NCBI GenBank assembly: GCA_024137785.1
Contig: JAHRHZ010000133.1
Span: forward strand, 24,306,158-24,370,157
Length of the DNA: 64,000 bases
Origin: Ginglymostoma cirratum
Lineage: Eukaryota
Direction: 5' to 3'
Shown here: in pieces, positions 49,249 to 60,832 of the stretch
How the letters are laid out: every line of letters starts with the position of its first letter
How positions within the stretch are numbered: the stretch's first letter is position 1
Notes under the pieces: model-generated
Databases searched by the model: none
The model's input: only the letters and a program-made list of their open reading frames with translations
Told to the model about the DNA's origin: nothing
Translations under genes and position numbers: made by a program

Positions 49249-49680
49249 ACACTAAGGACTACAGATGCTGGAAGCTACAGTCAATAGATGTGAAGCTGGA
49301 AACACACAGCAGGTCAGACTGTATCCAAAGAGCAGGAAAGCCGATGTTTCGGGCCAAAACCCTTTGTCAGGACTGGGGAGGGGGAGGGGAGCCCAGAAGT
49401 AAATAGAGTGAGGGTTTGAGGCTGGGGTAAGTGTAGGTGGGATGGTGATAGGTGGATGCATGTAGGTCTCAGTGTAAAGGAGACAACCAGGGTTGTAGTG
49501 GGAGAGGGACTCACTGAGCCCTCTTCAGAGGGAGGAGGAAAACTTCTTCAAGGTGGGTATCTTTAGAAGACACTTCACAGTGTTGTTTATCAATGACTTA
49601 GATTCTTCAAAACATTGACTTTCCTGCTGCTCAGATACTGTCTGACCTGCTGTGCTTACCCAGCCTCACATCTACTGACA
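49249..49680. mobile_element. Older fold-back Penelope-like element with inverted pseudo-LTRs and internal fragment
   Basis: Left arm 49280-49350 is inverted relative to 49608-49679. Minus-strand hammerhead-like AGUC-CUGACAA-A-GGGUU(UU)GGCCC-GAAAC-AUC-GGCU at 49339-49374. Internal GAGGAGGAAAACTTCTTCAAGGTGGGTATC block shared with 56435-56495. Confidence 0.78.
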
Positions 49681-51572
49681 TTGTGCTGTGTGGAATTTGT
49701 TCACCAACTAACTGTGCATCTCAGAGTTGGTATTGCCTGAAACTTTCTCATTCAGGGTTAGAATCCACCCATACTGAATAGAGTGGGATTTTCCATTATA
49801 CAAATTATGGGATAGAGTGATAGACTCTGAGATTTTCAGCAAGACACAAGCTGTTAAATTGTGACTATTGTGGGGTATTTTTAAGCTTTTAAGTTGCCTC
49901 TCAGGGGCTGAAATGGACAGACTTCATTGCTCTGATCATTTTTTTAAACCAGCTGCAGGCAGTAGTGTATCGCTGGATTTTAGATCCTAATTTATGACAG
50001 CCTTTGAAATCACTGCCACGTACTCCAGATTATACAAAGCAAATGTCATGGAGACAGCAATAATTGAACACTTTATCCTAATTAGAAAAGGCATCCCTTC
50101 ATGCAGTTTATACCCATTTTCACATGACAACTTTACATGATCATTGATATCACTGCTACATCCATCAAGAAATGGTAAGTTAAAGCACATTTTTGATGAC
50201 TGCCACAGTCTAAAACCAACGGTGAAAATCATACTGTTGTGGTTTTTCTTCTGAGTCTTCCCCTTAGTAGCCATCAAGTGAGTCCATTTTCCTTCACTGA
50301 TTCCTATGGTTCTACAAGGCAATCCAATTCCTTGTATAGAAAATGCATTTTGGGAAAATGTTGTGAAAATTATTATATCAGACAATCTCACTACGTCATC
50401 AGCAGAACAAACAAATGTAAGCTATTTATGATAGAAAGTACGTGACAGAGAAGACTTCAATGTGTAGATAAAGAGTTCCAATAAAAGCATTTGGTTAGTA
50501 ATTCCAGTCACAAAAATCTGAAGACCTGTACTTAAATTTTATGATTGCTTTTAGATTTTGCTGTTAGTTCTACTAATCTCATTAATCTAACTTAATTTGG
50601 AAGTAGAACATTCCATTTGTCATCTGCCATGGAATGACCTTTTTGTTTGATATGCGTGTAAAAGGTGAACAGATGTATTAATAAAACTTGCTCAAGCTAC
50701 TCAACAGAGCTAAATAAATATATAACGTAGCTAATAAGAAATCTAGGTGAATTATCACGGTCAGTTTCCTTCACCCCTTTGCTTACACACTACTCGGAGG
50801 TAACAACTAACACAGAATATATACATCTTGAATGAATGTTTTCACTGAGATGTTAAGCTTTTGTTAACTATGCTGTTCCAACATGCAGTATTTTTGTCCT
50901 ATATAACCCTGTCACCTGCTTAAATCAAGGTTTTGCTTTGGTGGATAAAAGCAATGCTCTTCAATCTCCTAAAGTATTAATGGGAAGCTACTGGCTACGC
51001 ACAGATGAAAACAAATAAATAAAAATCCTGGTTATTCTGTATTAGATCGAAGCAAAAGCACCTAAAGCAAAAGAAAAATAAAATTGATTTCATTCAAAAA
51101 GCACTGGTAAGGTGAGTCCAAAATAAGATTAAAAACAAAGAATTGATTCAAACATTGTCTTTAAGTTTTATTTGATGTGCAGGATCGGAACCTTTTTAAA
51201 TTGATTTTAAATCCATCTGTTGTCAAAATGGTTTACTGCGTGCACAGTACGCTTACTGAATAGCGTTTCAGACAGAGTCAGTTTAGGTCTATGGAATCAT
51301 GTTTCGATTAGAATTCAAAACAAAATAACTTTCTTTGGAAATGAAAGCCTTCGCAAAATAGGTGAAATTTATCAATGTGCATCTGTGAATCATGCGCATA
51401 CTAGAGACAAAATATTCCAGAATGCTTAATATTAAACTTATACAAAATGACTGAACAATATGCAAATAACACTACACACACAATGTAATACTGCTGAAGA
51501 AATTACAACTCACCTGTGACAAATGTACAAATAGATTTCAGCAAGATTGCAGAATGACATACCAACAATGTT

Positions 51573-51778
51573 GACAAACAGGAGGCTGGAAGAACACAGC
51601 AAGCCAAGCAGCATATGGAGGAAAGGAGCAATCAATGTCTCAGGTATAATAATTGTTCGGTGGATTATTCTCAAAACACTGGCTGCTCTTTTCCTCCAGA
51701 TGCTGCCTGGCTTGCTGTGTTCTTCCAGCCTCTTGTTTGTCTACCTTGGATTCCAGAATCTGCAGCATTTTTGCCTCT
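51573..51778. mobile_element. Fold-back Penelope-like element with 14-bp TSD (1 mismatch)
   Basis: TSD ATACCAACAATGTT 51559-51572 / ATACCAGCAATGTT 51779-51792. Inverted arms GACAAACAGGAGGCTGGAAGAACACAGCAAGCCAAGCAGCAT / ATGCTGCCTGGCTTGCTGTGTTCTTCCAGCCTCTTGTTTGTC. Confidence 0.85.
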
Positions 51779-52311
51779 ATACCAGCAATGTTAATGAATT
51801 CTAATACTATGAGATGATGGAGAGCGAATTAAAGTTTTATAGTACGGCAGGAAGACAAATCATTTTATAATAAATGTGTTGGTGTACAGATAAAAGGTTT
51901 CCTACATCAGTGGTTTTGGCTATAATATTGATGCTTAAAAAGGTGTATGTGGAGGAGTTGTGATATTGCCAGAAACTCATGCACAATGGTTCCTTCAAGC
52001 GAAAATGCAATTGGAGCAACAATTTAAAAATGTAGATTGAATGTTCTTTAACCTGCACTTGACATTATTTTTAACAGTATAATGACAACAATAGCAAACA
52101 GACTCCATCAATAAACTAACTTGAATTTCTAAGAAAACAAACAAAGTTGCAGAGTTCGAATTAAATCTCACTTTGCATTCTTTTCAGTCATACTTGAAAA
52201 TGTCTGCCTCACAGCAGTTACATATAATGATGGAACAGAATTTTTGTTTTGAACACATGCTGCAGGTAACATTTTCATAGAACAACGATAAGGATCAAAG
52301 TGGTAAACATT

Positions 52312-52633
52312 GGGTGGCACAGTGGCTCAGTGGTTAGCACTGCTGCCTCACAGCAGCAGGAACCCAGGTTCAATTCCACCCTCAGGCAACTGTCTGTGTG
52401 GAGTTTGCACATTTTCCCTGTGCCTGTGTGGGTTTCTCCAGGTGCTCCAGTTTCCTCCCACAGTCCAAAGATGTGCAGGCTAGATGGATTGGTCGAACTA
52501 AATTACCCATAGTGTTCAGGGATATATAGATTAGGTGGGTTATCAGTGGATTTGTCTGGGTGGGATGCTCTGAGGGTTGGTGTGGACTTGTTGGACCAAA
52601 GGGCCTGTTTCCACACTGTAGGGATTCTATGAT
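52312..52633 (+). mobile_element. HE1-type V-SINE (elasmobranch)
   Basis: tRNA head GGGTGGCACAGTGGCTCAGTGGTTAGCACTGCTGCCTCACAGC..GGTTCAATTCC, V-domain TGTGTGGAGTTTGCACATT..CCAGTTTCCTCCCACAGTCCAAAGATGTGC, and HER1-like tail ending GATTCTATGAT. Confidence 0.92.
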
Positions 52634-53338
52634 CTACAAAAGGTCCATGGTACTCAACTTTACACACATTGTGCACTATATGATTGCACATGCAATATTA
52701 TGTTTAAGTTCCTTGTTCAACTGCTTTCTACAGCAGGCACAATAAATCCACAGCTATTGAATAATGAAGCAATCACTGGAAATGAAAACTGATATGTGTA
52801 AATAATTGTAGAAAACATCCTATCAATACTATCACATAATTAGTGCTCTATTGGTCCAATTTCAGATAACAACTCTCATACCTTTGGACAACCTAAAAGC
52901 AAATTCAATTAAACAAATACAGGACTTGATAAGTTAACACTGAATATCTAAGATGGGGATACGATTGGTGCCTGTTATCTGTCACAATGCCACAATTCAT
53001 TTGCACTTAATTACAAGGTAACATTTTCATTCATGGTATTTGAAAGATAATGCAGTTCAATTGAGAGAAGATTCTCAACACTTAAAATGATAATTTTGGT
53101 ATAATACTGAAAGTTCATTGCAAATTGCAGCAAATCCATCTGAATTGCTTGCTGAGAAAGTCACTTCTTACACATTGCCAAAGAAAGACTGAAAATTGAA
53201 GCTTTTCCTGTCTTGCACTCATCAGAATTGAAATGCAAGACACATATTTGAAAAAGAGAGACCCCATTTTATGCAAAATGAGAAGAAGGCCTCAGAGATA
53301 AAAGGTACTGCAGATGCTGGAGAATCCGAGATAACAAG

Positions 53339-53738
53339 NNNNNNNNNNNNNNNNNNNNNNNNNNNNNNNNNNNNNNNNNNNNNNNNNNNNNNNNNNNNNN
53401 NNNNNNNNNNNNNNNNNNNNNNNNNNNNNNNNNNNNNNNNNNNNNNNNNNNNNNNNNNNNNNNNNNNNNNNNNNNNNNNNNNNNNNNNNNNNNNNNNNNN
53501 NNNNNNNNNNNNNNNNNNNNNNNNNNNNNNNNNNNNNNNNNNNNNNNNNNNNNNNNNNNNNNNNNNNNNNNNNNNNNNNNNNNNNNNNNNNNNNNNNNNN
53601 NNNNNNNNNNNNNNNNNNNNNNNNNNNNNNNNNNNNNNNNNNNNNNNNNNNNNNNNNNNNNNNNNNNNNNNNNNNNNNNNNNNNNNNNNNNNNNNNNNNN
53701 NNNNNNNNNNNNNNNNNNNNNNNNNNNNNNNNNNNNNN
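53339..53738. other. Assembly gap (N run)
   Basis: Run of N. Confidence 1.
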
Positions 53739-53740
53739 GA

Positions 53741-53776
53741 TTTTCTGATGAAGGGTTTAGGCCCGAAACGTCAAGT
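53741..53776 (+). ncRNA. Minimal type-I hammerhead ribozyme motif
   Basis: CUGAUGA (53745-53751)-A-GGGU(UUAG)GCCC-GAAA (53765-53768)-C-GUC. Predicted cleavage after 53772. Confidence 0.68.
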
Positions 53777-54717
53777 TTTCCTGCTCCTATGATGCTGCTT
53801 GACCTGCTGTGTTCATCCAGCCCCATGCTTGTTATCTCTGAGAAGAAGGCCTGACTGGTTGAGCCATCTCATTGGCATGGAGATATAGTAAGAAGAGTTA
53901 ATCATCAATCTTAATTCTCTGAGTAGGCAGACAGGTTCTGATTGGTCATAGCATTGCCATTGGAATGCAACAATATTTGGCAGTCTCCATGACGCTTTTT
54001 GTAAAAGTGCAATGTATGTACAAATTCCTTTTGCTTACACAAAACAGGATCCTAAGCACTCATTATGGAGCTTTTACCACATGCAAATTCATCACACTAA
54101 GGACACAGGGGATGATCTTGAATTGGTTTTCAATGTATCTCTTAGTACAGTTTGGATTATTAAATAACTAGTTTCCAACAGCAGAATCATATCTAAATGT
54201 GGATACATTTTCCTGAAGCTTGCAAGCATGGGGTGGTTGAGCACGAGCAGGCTGCTGCTACCTGTGAATGGTCATTGAGCCATGTTGTTTAATACAGTCT
54301 GTAGTTGCTGGGAAATACAGACTACATGCCTGGAGCCCATACCACACCACTTATTTGTGTGGCAGGCAGGGATTCTTTTTGGCATGGTAGCTAGTGGATA
54401 AAACTACTTATGAATTTACTGCGAAATAGAAGCTTGAGACAGCTAGCTTTTTGAGACACCTTCCACTTCTAGAGTAATTTGAGGTAGACAGACATTGAGA
54501 TAAGATTGAAGTTGAGATTGAACTATCCATATGATAATGGATACGCCGATCAAATTATCACTCCTTGTATATCATGAAAACTCATGAAAGGGTCTACATC
54601 CACCACTTTTAGCCATGACTAGTGTCCGGCCTACCTCAGATCTACTGATCTGGCCTAAGAATTAGGATTGACAGATAACCATTCTGCTGCATTTCATGCC
54701 AATGGTGGCCCATCAAA

Positions 54718-55700
54718 TCAAACTGGAGGCCTGTGACCAGCAGTGTGCCACAAGGATCAGTGCTGGGTCCACTGCTTTTTGTCATTTATATAAATGATTT
54801 GGATGTGAATATAGGAATCATAGTTAGTAATTTTGCAGCTGACATCAAAATAGGTAGTGTAGTGGACAGTAAAGAAGTTTATCACAGAGCACAATGAGAC
54901 CTTGGGCCAATGGGCCAAGGAATGGCAGATGGAGTTCAATTTAGTTAAATGTGAGGTGCTGCATTTTGGTAAGGCAAACCAGGGCAGAACTTACACAATT
55001 AATGGTAAGGCCCTGGGGAATGTGGTCAAACAAAGAGACATAGGGTTGGGGATGCATTGTTCCTTGAGAGTGGAGTCACAGGTAGATAAGACACACTTGC
55101 CTTCATTGGTCAGAACATTGAGAATTGGGACACCATGTTGCAAGTGTACAGGACATTGATGAGGCCACTTTTAGAATACTGTGTACAATGCTGGTTGTCT
55201 TTCTATAGGAAGGATGTTATTAAACCTGAGAGGTGCAGAAAAGATTTACAAGGATGTTGCCAGGACAGGAAGGTTTTTTTTATGGGGACATGCTGATTAG
55301 TCTGGTAATGTTTTCCCTGGTGTGTTGAAAGTTGAGGGGTGACCTGATAGAGGTTTATAAAATCATGAGGGGCATGGATAGGGTGCATAGCCAAACTCTT
55401 CTTTGTAGAATGGGGGAGTCCAAAAATCAAGGGCCTAGGTGTAAAGTGGGAGGGGATAGATTTTAAAAGGACCTGAGGGGTAACGTTTTCACACAGAATG
55501 TATGGAACGAACTATCAGAGGAAGTGGTGTAGGCAGATACAATTACAGCATTTAAAAGGCATCTGGATGGATACATGAATAGGAAGGGCTTAAAGGGATA
55601 TATGGGCCAAATGGGACTAGGTCAAGTTGGGCTGTCTGGTCGGTGCAGATGAGTTGGACCAAAGGGTCTGATTCCATGCAATACTACTCCATGACCCTAT
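54718..55700 (+). mobile_element. 5'-truncated CR1/HER1-type LINE
   Basis: VPQGSVLGPLLFVIYINDLD, WAKEWQMEFNLVKCEVLHFG and the HER1-like tail GAGTTGGACCAAAGGGTCTGATTCC. Same family as 47800-48755. Confidence 0.93.
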
Positions 55701-56336
55701 AAATCAACACTCTCCTCTCATTCTGTGTAAAATTATGTTGCTTTTTATAAGTCTGTTTTTTGCATCTTAGTTCTAATGAGTGCAAGATGAAAAGCGTCAA
55801 ATTCTAGTCTGCTTTTTGTGATGGCTAAAGTCCGTAATGTTACTTCTAATTGTAATAGTCACTGGTGAAAATCAATCTTTTATAGACAAAGCAAAAGCAA
55901 TGCCATAGCATAACACTGCATCACTTCTATTACAGATATGAATTGAAAAGTGTAGAAATGATGTTAAAGTATATTATTTTAACTCAATTCATCTTTGATT
56001 AGATTAAAAAGTTAATCTACAATTACCAACTAATGACATACAACAACTTAGGGATAGCAAACAGAAATCTGATACTCTGTGGTTGACTGGCATACCATCT
56101 CTGTAAGAGAAACTTGTAATAATAACCTAGATGAAATATGTTCCAGGTTCAAGAATACGTCAAGAAATTCCAGGTACCAAACAAAACTTGATACCTGCTT
56201 TTTAAAAAATAAACTTCTCCAAAATAATGAATTTTGAAACACTCATCAAAACATAAAAGTGATTGGTAAGGGAGTCATCATTTATGAATGCTTGTTTCAC
56301 TATATGTTAACATATCATCACCTCTAAACATGTTCT

Positions 56337-56600
56337 AGAGATAGTAGGAACTGCAGATGCTGGAGAATCTGAGATAACAAGGTGTAGAGCTGGATGAACA
56401 CAGCAGGCCAAGCAGCATCAGAGGAGCAGGAAGGAGGAGGGTAACTTCTTCAGGGTAGGCATCCTTAGAAGAGGCTTCGCAGTGGGGTTAAAATTATTTC
56501 ATTTCTGAAGAAGGGTCTAGGCCCGAAACGTCAGCCTTCCTGCTCCTCTGATGCTGCTTGGCCTGCTGTGTTCATCCAGCTCTACACCTTGTTATTTCAA
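56337..56600. mobile_element. Fold-back Penelope-like element with hammerhead motif
   Basis: Near-perfect 64-bp inverted arms 56371-56434 / 56535-56598. CUGAAGA-A-GGGU(CUAG)GCCC-GAAAC-GUC at 56505-56532. ATGTTCT flanks both sides (56330-56336, 56606-56612). Confidence 0.88.
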
Positions 56601-56834
56601 CTACTATGTTCTCATCGGGCAAACAGAAAAAGGGTAAATAAAAGAATGCATAGAAGGAGGACATGAAGCTCATTGAATCTACGCTGACTCCTAATAAGAC
56701 TACTTAGCTATTCCCATTTCTTTCCCTGTACCGTAGTTTGAACTTGTCTCTTCAGGTGCTAGACCAATTCCCATATGAATCTACACCTGAGTCTCCCTTC
56801 ACCACCACAACCTCAGACTGTACATTGCAGATAC

Positions 56835-57490
56835 AGTCACAGAGTTATAGAATTATGCGGCACAGAAAAAGACCCTCTGGACCAACTCATCCACGCTGAC
56901 CAGATATCCTAAACTGACCTAGTCCCATTTACCAGCATTTTGCTCATATACCTCTAAACCCTTCATTTTCATATAGCTACCCAAATGCCTTTTAAATGTT
57001 GTAATCATACCCACCTCCACCACTTCCTCTGGCAACTCATTCCATACACGCACTACCCTCTTTGAGAAAAAGTTGCCCCTCAGGTCCCTTTTAAATCTTT
57101 TCCTTCTCACCCTAAACCTATGCCCTCTAGTTGTGGACTCCACTATGCTGGGGAAAAGACCTCAGCTATTCACCCTATCTATGCCCCTTGTGATTTTATA
57201 AACCTCTATAAGGCCACCCCTCAGCCTCCAATGCTCCAGCAAAGAAAGCCCCAGCCTATTCAGCGTCTCCTGTAGCTCAAATGCTCCAATCCCAGCAACA
57301 TTCTTGTAAATCTTTTCTGAACCCTTTCCTTTCCTATCGCAGGGAGAGCAGAACTGTACACAGCATTTTACAAGTGGCCTCACCAATGTCCTGTACAGCT
57401 ACAACATGACGTCCCAACTCCTATATTCAATGCACCGACAAATGAAAGCAAGAGTGCCAAGTGTCTTTTTCACCACCCTATCTACTATGC
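56835..57490 (-). mobile_element. CR1/HER1-type LINE 3' fragment
   Basis: ORFs 57162-57386 (VRPLVKCCVQFCSP) and 56919-57143 (TRGHRFRVRRKRFKRDLRGNFFSKRVVRVWNELPEEVV). Confidence 0.93.
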
Positions 57491-58789
57491 ACCTGCACTT
57501 CTTGCTTTCCTTGTTCGGCAGCACTGAACAGATCTAAACTAGTTGCCGAGTGGAAAAGTTATCCTCACTATACTAGTGCTTTTGCCAATCATCTTAAATC
57601 TGTATTCTCTAGTTTTCAACCTTCCACCAATGGGAACAGATTACTATCTTCTCTATGTACCTTCCCATGATTTTGAATCCCTGTCTGCTCTACTTTTAAC
57701 CTTCTCTTATCAAAGGAAAGTAATTAAGTATTCTCTTGGATTCAGTGTCACTAATAAGTCTTGCAAGGGCAACCTGAATATTCTCTGAATTGGACCAGAA
57801 CTGCAATAGCATACTGTTGAGTGTACTGGAAACTGTGGTATTGCGGATGCTGTGATGTGTTGTAATACATTTTGAAAAACGAATTTACAAACAAGTCTGT
57901 GACGAGGCCAACTGTAAACCAATGAAATAGATTCTCAGCTGAATGGCACTAATCTTAGAAAGACAGACGTCTAATACTGTTCCGGACTCCAAACTGATTT
58001 TGTCTGCCTTCTTTAAGGAAGGAAAGAGATAGAAAACATTCACAATCATGCAATGTTTGGTCTCGGTCTCCTTCCAGCTCACTGGTTTACTAAGATACCA
58101 TTTCGAGTCTACCAGCTAAATTAAGAGACTTTGGATTAGATTAACAATAATTATTTTAGTCAGATAATCCCATTGGACACCTTTAAAAATTAAAACCATT
58201 CCAACAGCAAATGAATATTTCTAGGAAGTCTGAAAACAATGGAGTACACAAGAATACATGATTCAAATGGGTGGTGTTTCAACTACAACTTTGCAAAGGA
58301 CATCCAGATCCAATGACATATTTCTATTTGTTATTAATTATTTCAGAAAGGATTCTTTTTGAATGCTGATACAGTAACAACGGAAGAAAGCATTAACTAA
58401 CTGTTGATACTTCTCAAATTCACGTTTCAAGGCCAGTTGAAGCGTCAGATATATATCATGGATGCTTTCATCGATGTATTGATTCAGACCATTCTGCTTA
58501 AGGTCAGGAAATTACAATTATCCCTCTCTGTTTTAAGTTGCTAAGATGATGGCTGTGTTGTCCAGTTGAATTCTGTTATTAATATTTGGATCAAATTGAA
58601 CTAGTGGAATGTGCACAGAAAGATTTCCTGCTAGGGGACTGAGATGCTATTAGAAGAGGCATTTCCATTTTCCATTCAAGTCATCCTTAAAGCCTTTCTG
58701 AACAACACTAGCAATTTACCATGAGTTCTGAAAGGAATCTTAATCCAATTTTTGATGGATAGCTGACTGTCAAAGAGTCAAATTCCGGC

Positions 58790-59730
58790 CTCAAAGTGGA
58801 ATGTTTCTAAACATGCTACAAAATCTGGACAACAGCAAACTCAGCCCTGTCAGCCCTACAAAGCCCTCCTTGCTAACATCGGGGGTTGGAGGGAGGGGGT
58901 GCTCATGCCAAAATTAGGCAAGCTGTCTGACAGAGTGGTCATTGAACCATAATTTATAGACAATGTCCCAGATACCACGATCAGTATCCCTGGGCATGTC
59001 CTATTCCACTGGTAGGACAGAAGCAGCAGAGAAGGCAGCCCAGGGGTACACAGTTAGGAGGGAGTTGTCCTGTGAGTCTTCAACATAGAGTCACATTAAA
59101 TGAATGCTCAAAGTACAAGGGCAGAGAAACATCCTGCTGAATAGTGAACAGCCTCAAATCCCAGTCTACTCGTCCACTGCACATCCTTCATACTTTGGTA
59201 ATTTCATGTCCCTCCCAGGTTATACTCCTGATTAACACCATGATGCAGTGCATTCAGAGTTGCTGTCAAACTGTGGAACGCGTGCACCAAAGCTCAGTTA
59301 GGGTAACGCTGAGCCACTCATTCCTGGCTTCAAAGCAGCTTTAGTAGAAACAAGGACAAGTGAGCTGAAGTCAAAAGAAAATGTGACAGTGACTGTCCTT
59401 GATATCAAGGCAGTATTTGATAGACTTTGGGAGCAAGGAACCTTAGCAAAGTTGAAGACAATGGAACAATTCACTGCTCATTGAATTTATACCTAGCATA
59501 AAGGGGGATAGTTGTTGAGATACATCATGTCAGGCCCTGTGATACATCACTGTAGGAGTTCCTCAGAGTGTTGTCCTAGGCTCAACCATTTTCAGTCATG
59601 TCATGAATGACCTATGTCATCATTCAGTCTAAAGTGAGAATGTTCAATGCTGACTGCAGTGCTCAGTACCATTTGCGGCTCCCCATATACTTAGCAGTCT
59701 GTTTCCATATGCAAAGCCTTAATGATATTC
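58790..59730 (+). mobile_element. Degraded non-LTR retrotransposon (same group as 5725-6170)
   Basis: Endonuclease-like IPGHVLFHW.DR near 58985, and VLDIKAVFDRLWEQGTLAKL and TVGVPQSVVLGSTIFS RT motifs at 59395-59597. Confidence 0.72.
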
Positions 59731-60029
59731 AGGTTACAAAGATCAAGTGGCTCATGGCCGAGAAGGGATTTGAACATATAAGTAAGAATTTTAAAAGGGA
59801 AGTGCCGATGATTCAAGAATGGGTGTAAATCAAGCGAGACCAGGTATGATGAGTTAGAAGATTTGGTTTGTCTTTGGATGCAGGCAGTAGAGTCTTGGAC
59901 AAATTTGAGTTTTCAAGAGAAAATATTGTGACATGGGGCAAAAGAGTATTTGAACACTCAAATCTGGAAATGGAATCTATAAATAGATGTGGATCATTGC
60001 TGCTAACCCAGCCTATTTGCTCTCAAAGC

Positions 60030-60108
60030 TACACTTTCCTCCAGCTCCACAGTGTTGGCTCTGACTCCAGCATCTGCAGTTCTTGCTATCTCTGAGTGAT
60101 TTTTAACT
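60030..60108 (+). mobile_element. Penelope-like pseudo-LTR 3' fragment
   Basis: CTCCAGCTCCACA..TCTGACTCCAGCATCTGCAGTTCTTGCTATCTCT resembles the reverse complement of the left end of the 56337 element. Confidence 0.6.
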
Positions 60109-60439
60109 TAAAATTGAGATTGATAGATTCTTAACATTTTCATCTCACCTAATCATGCCATCTTTTTGGAGGAAGAGAGTTCCTGATTTACAGTACATTT
60201 TGTGTGAGGTCCTTCATGACATCACCTGAAATAAACTTGCTCTGAATTAAGACTGTGTTCCCTCTCCCCTCTTTTTGTTGTTGACGCTACAGAAGAAAAT
60301 AGTTTGTCTCTCTATTCCAACAAATCCTTCAATCATGTGAAATATGTTACTTAGGTTAGACTTAGTCTTCTCTACATTCACAGATGGACAGGTAGAAAAA
60401 GATAAGACCAGGAATATAATTTTAGATTGATGATCTTTT

Positions 60440-60832
60440 GGCATTTCATGTCCTTATATGTTTCAAATTATTTCACAGTTAATGAAGTACTGGTTTAGAA
60501 TGGAGAAACAAAGCAGCTCACTTGCTCACAAAAAGCAATAAGATAATAATCAGATGATTTAGCTCTATTGTTGATACAGAAATAATGTTAGCCAAGTACA
60601 AAATAAAAATCACCTCCTAACATGGCACCCCAGGATTTCTTACAACAACACTAGGAAGGCAGACAATGCCTTGGCCTAATGCATCATCTGAAAGACAACA
60701 CCTCCAGTAGCACAATACTGCCTAACTACTGCTCATGAAGTATCAGCCTTGATTACCTGCTAAAATCTCTGTAATGGGTTTGAGTTTATTAATCTGACTC
60801 AGGTGAGAGCAGTACATTGCACTAAGGCTAAC
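60440..60832 (-). mobile_element. Deu-domain SINE (SacSINE1-like)
   Basis: Plus-strand text CATCTGAAAGACAACACCTCCAGTAGCACAATACT..TCAGCCTTGATT and ATTTCACAGTTAATGAAGTAC is the reverse complement of the Deu core and tail. Confidence 0.7.

Larger units (their letters stand above)
53293..53838. mobile_element. Young fold-back Penelope-like element with 14-bp TSD, centre lost in assembly gap
   Basis: TSD TGAGAAGAAGGCCT at 53279-53292 and 53839-53852. Sequenced parts match the 26772 element except for one A-run indel. Confidence 0.88.

Noticed and set aside
39966-53826. Long ORFs containing X runs (around 40.2 kb and 53.3-53.8 kb)
   Set aside because: Artefacts of translating through assembly gaps.
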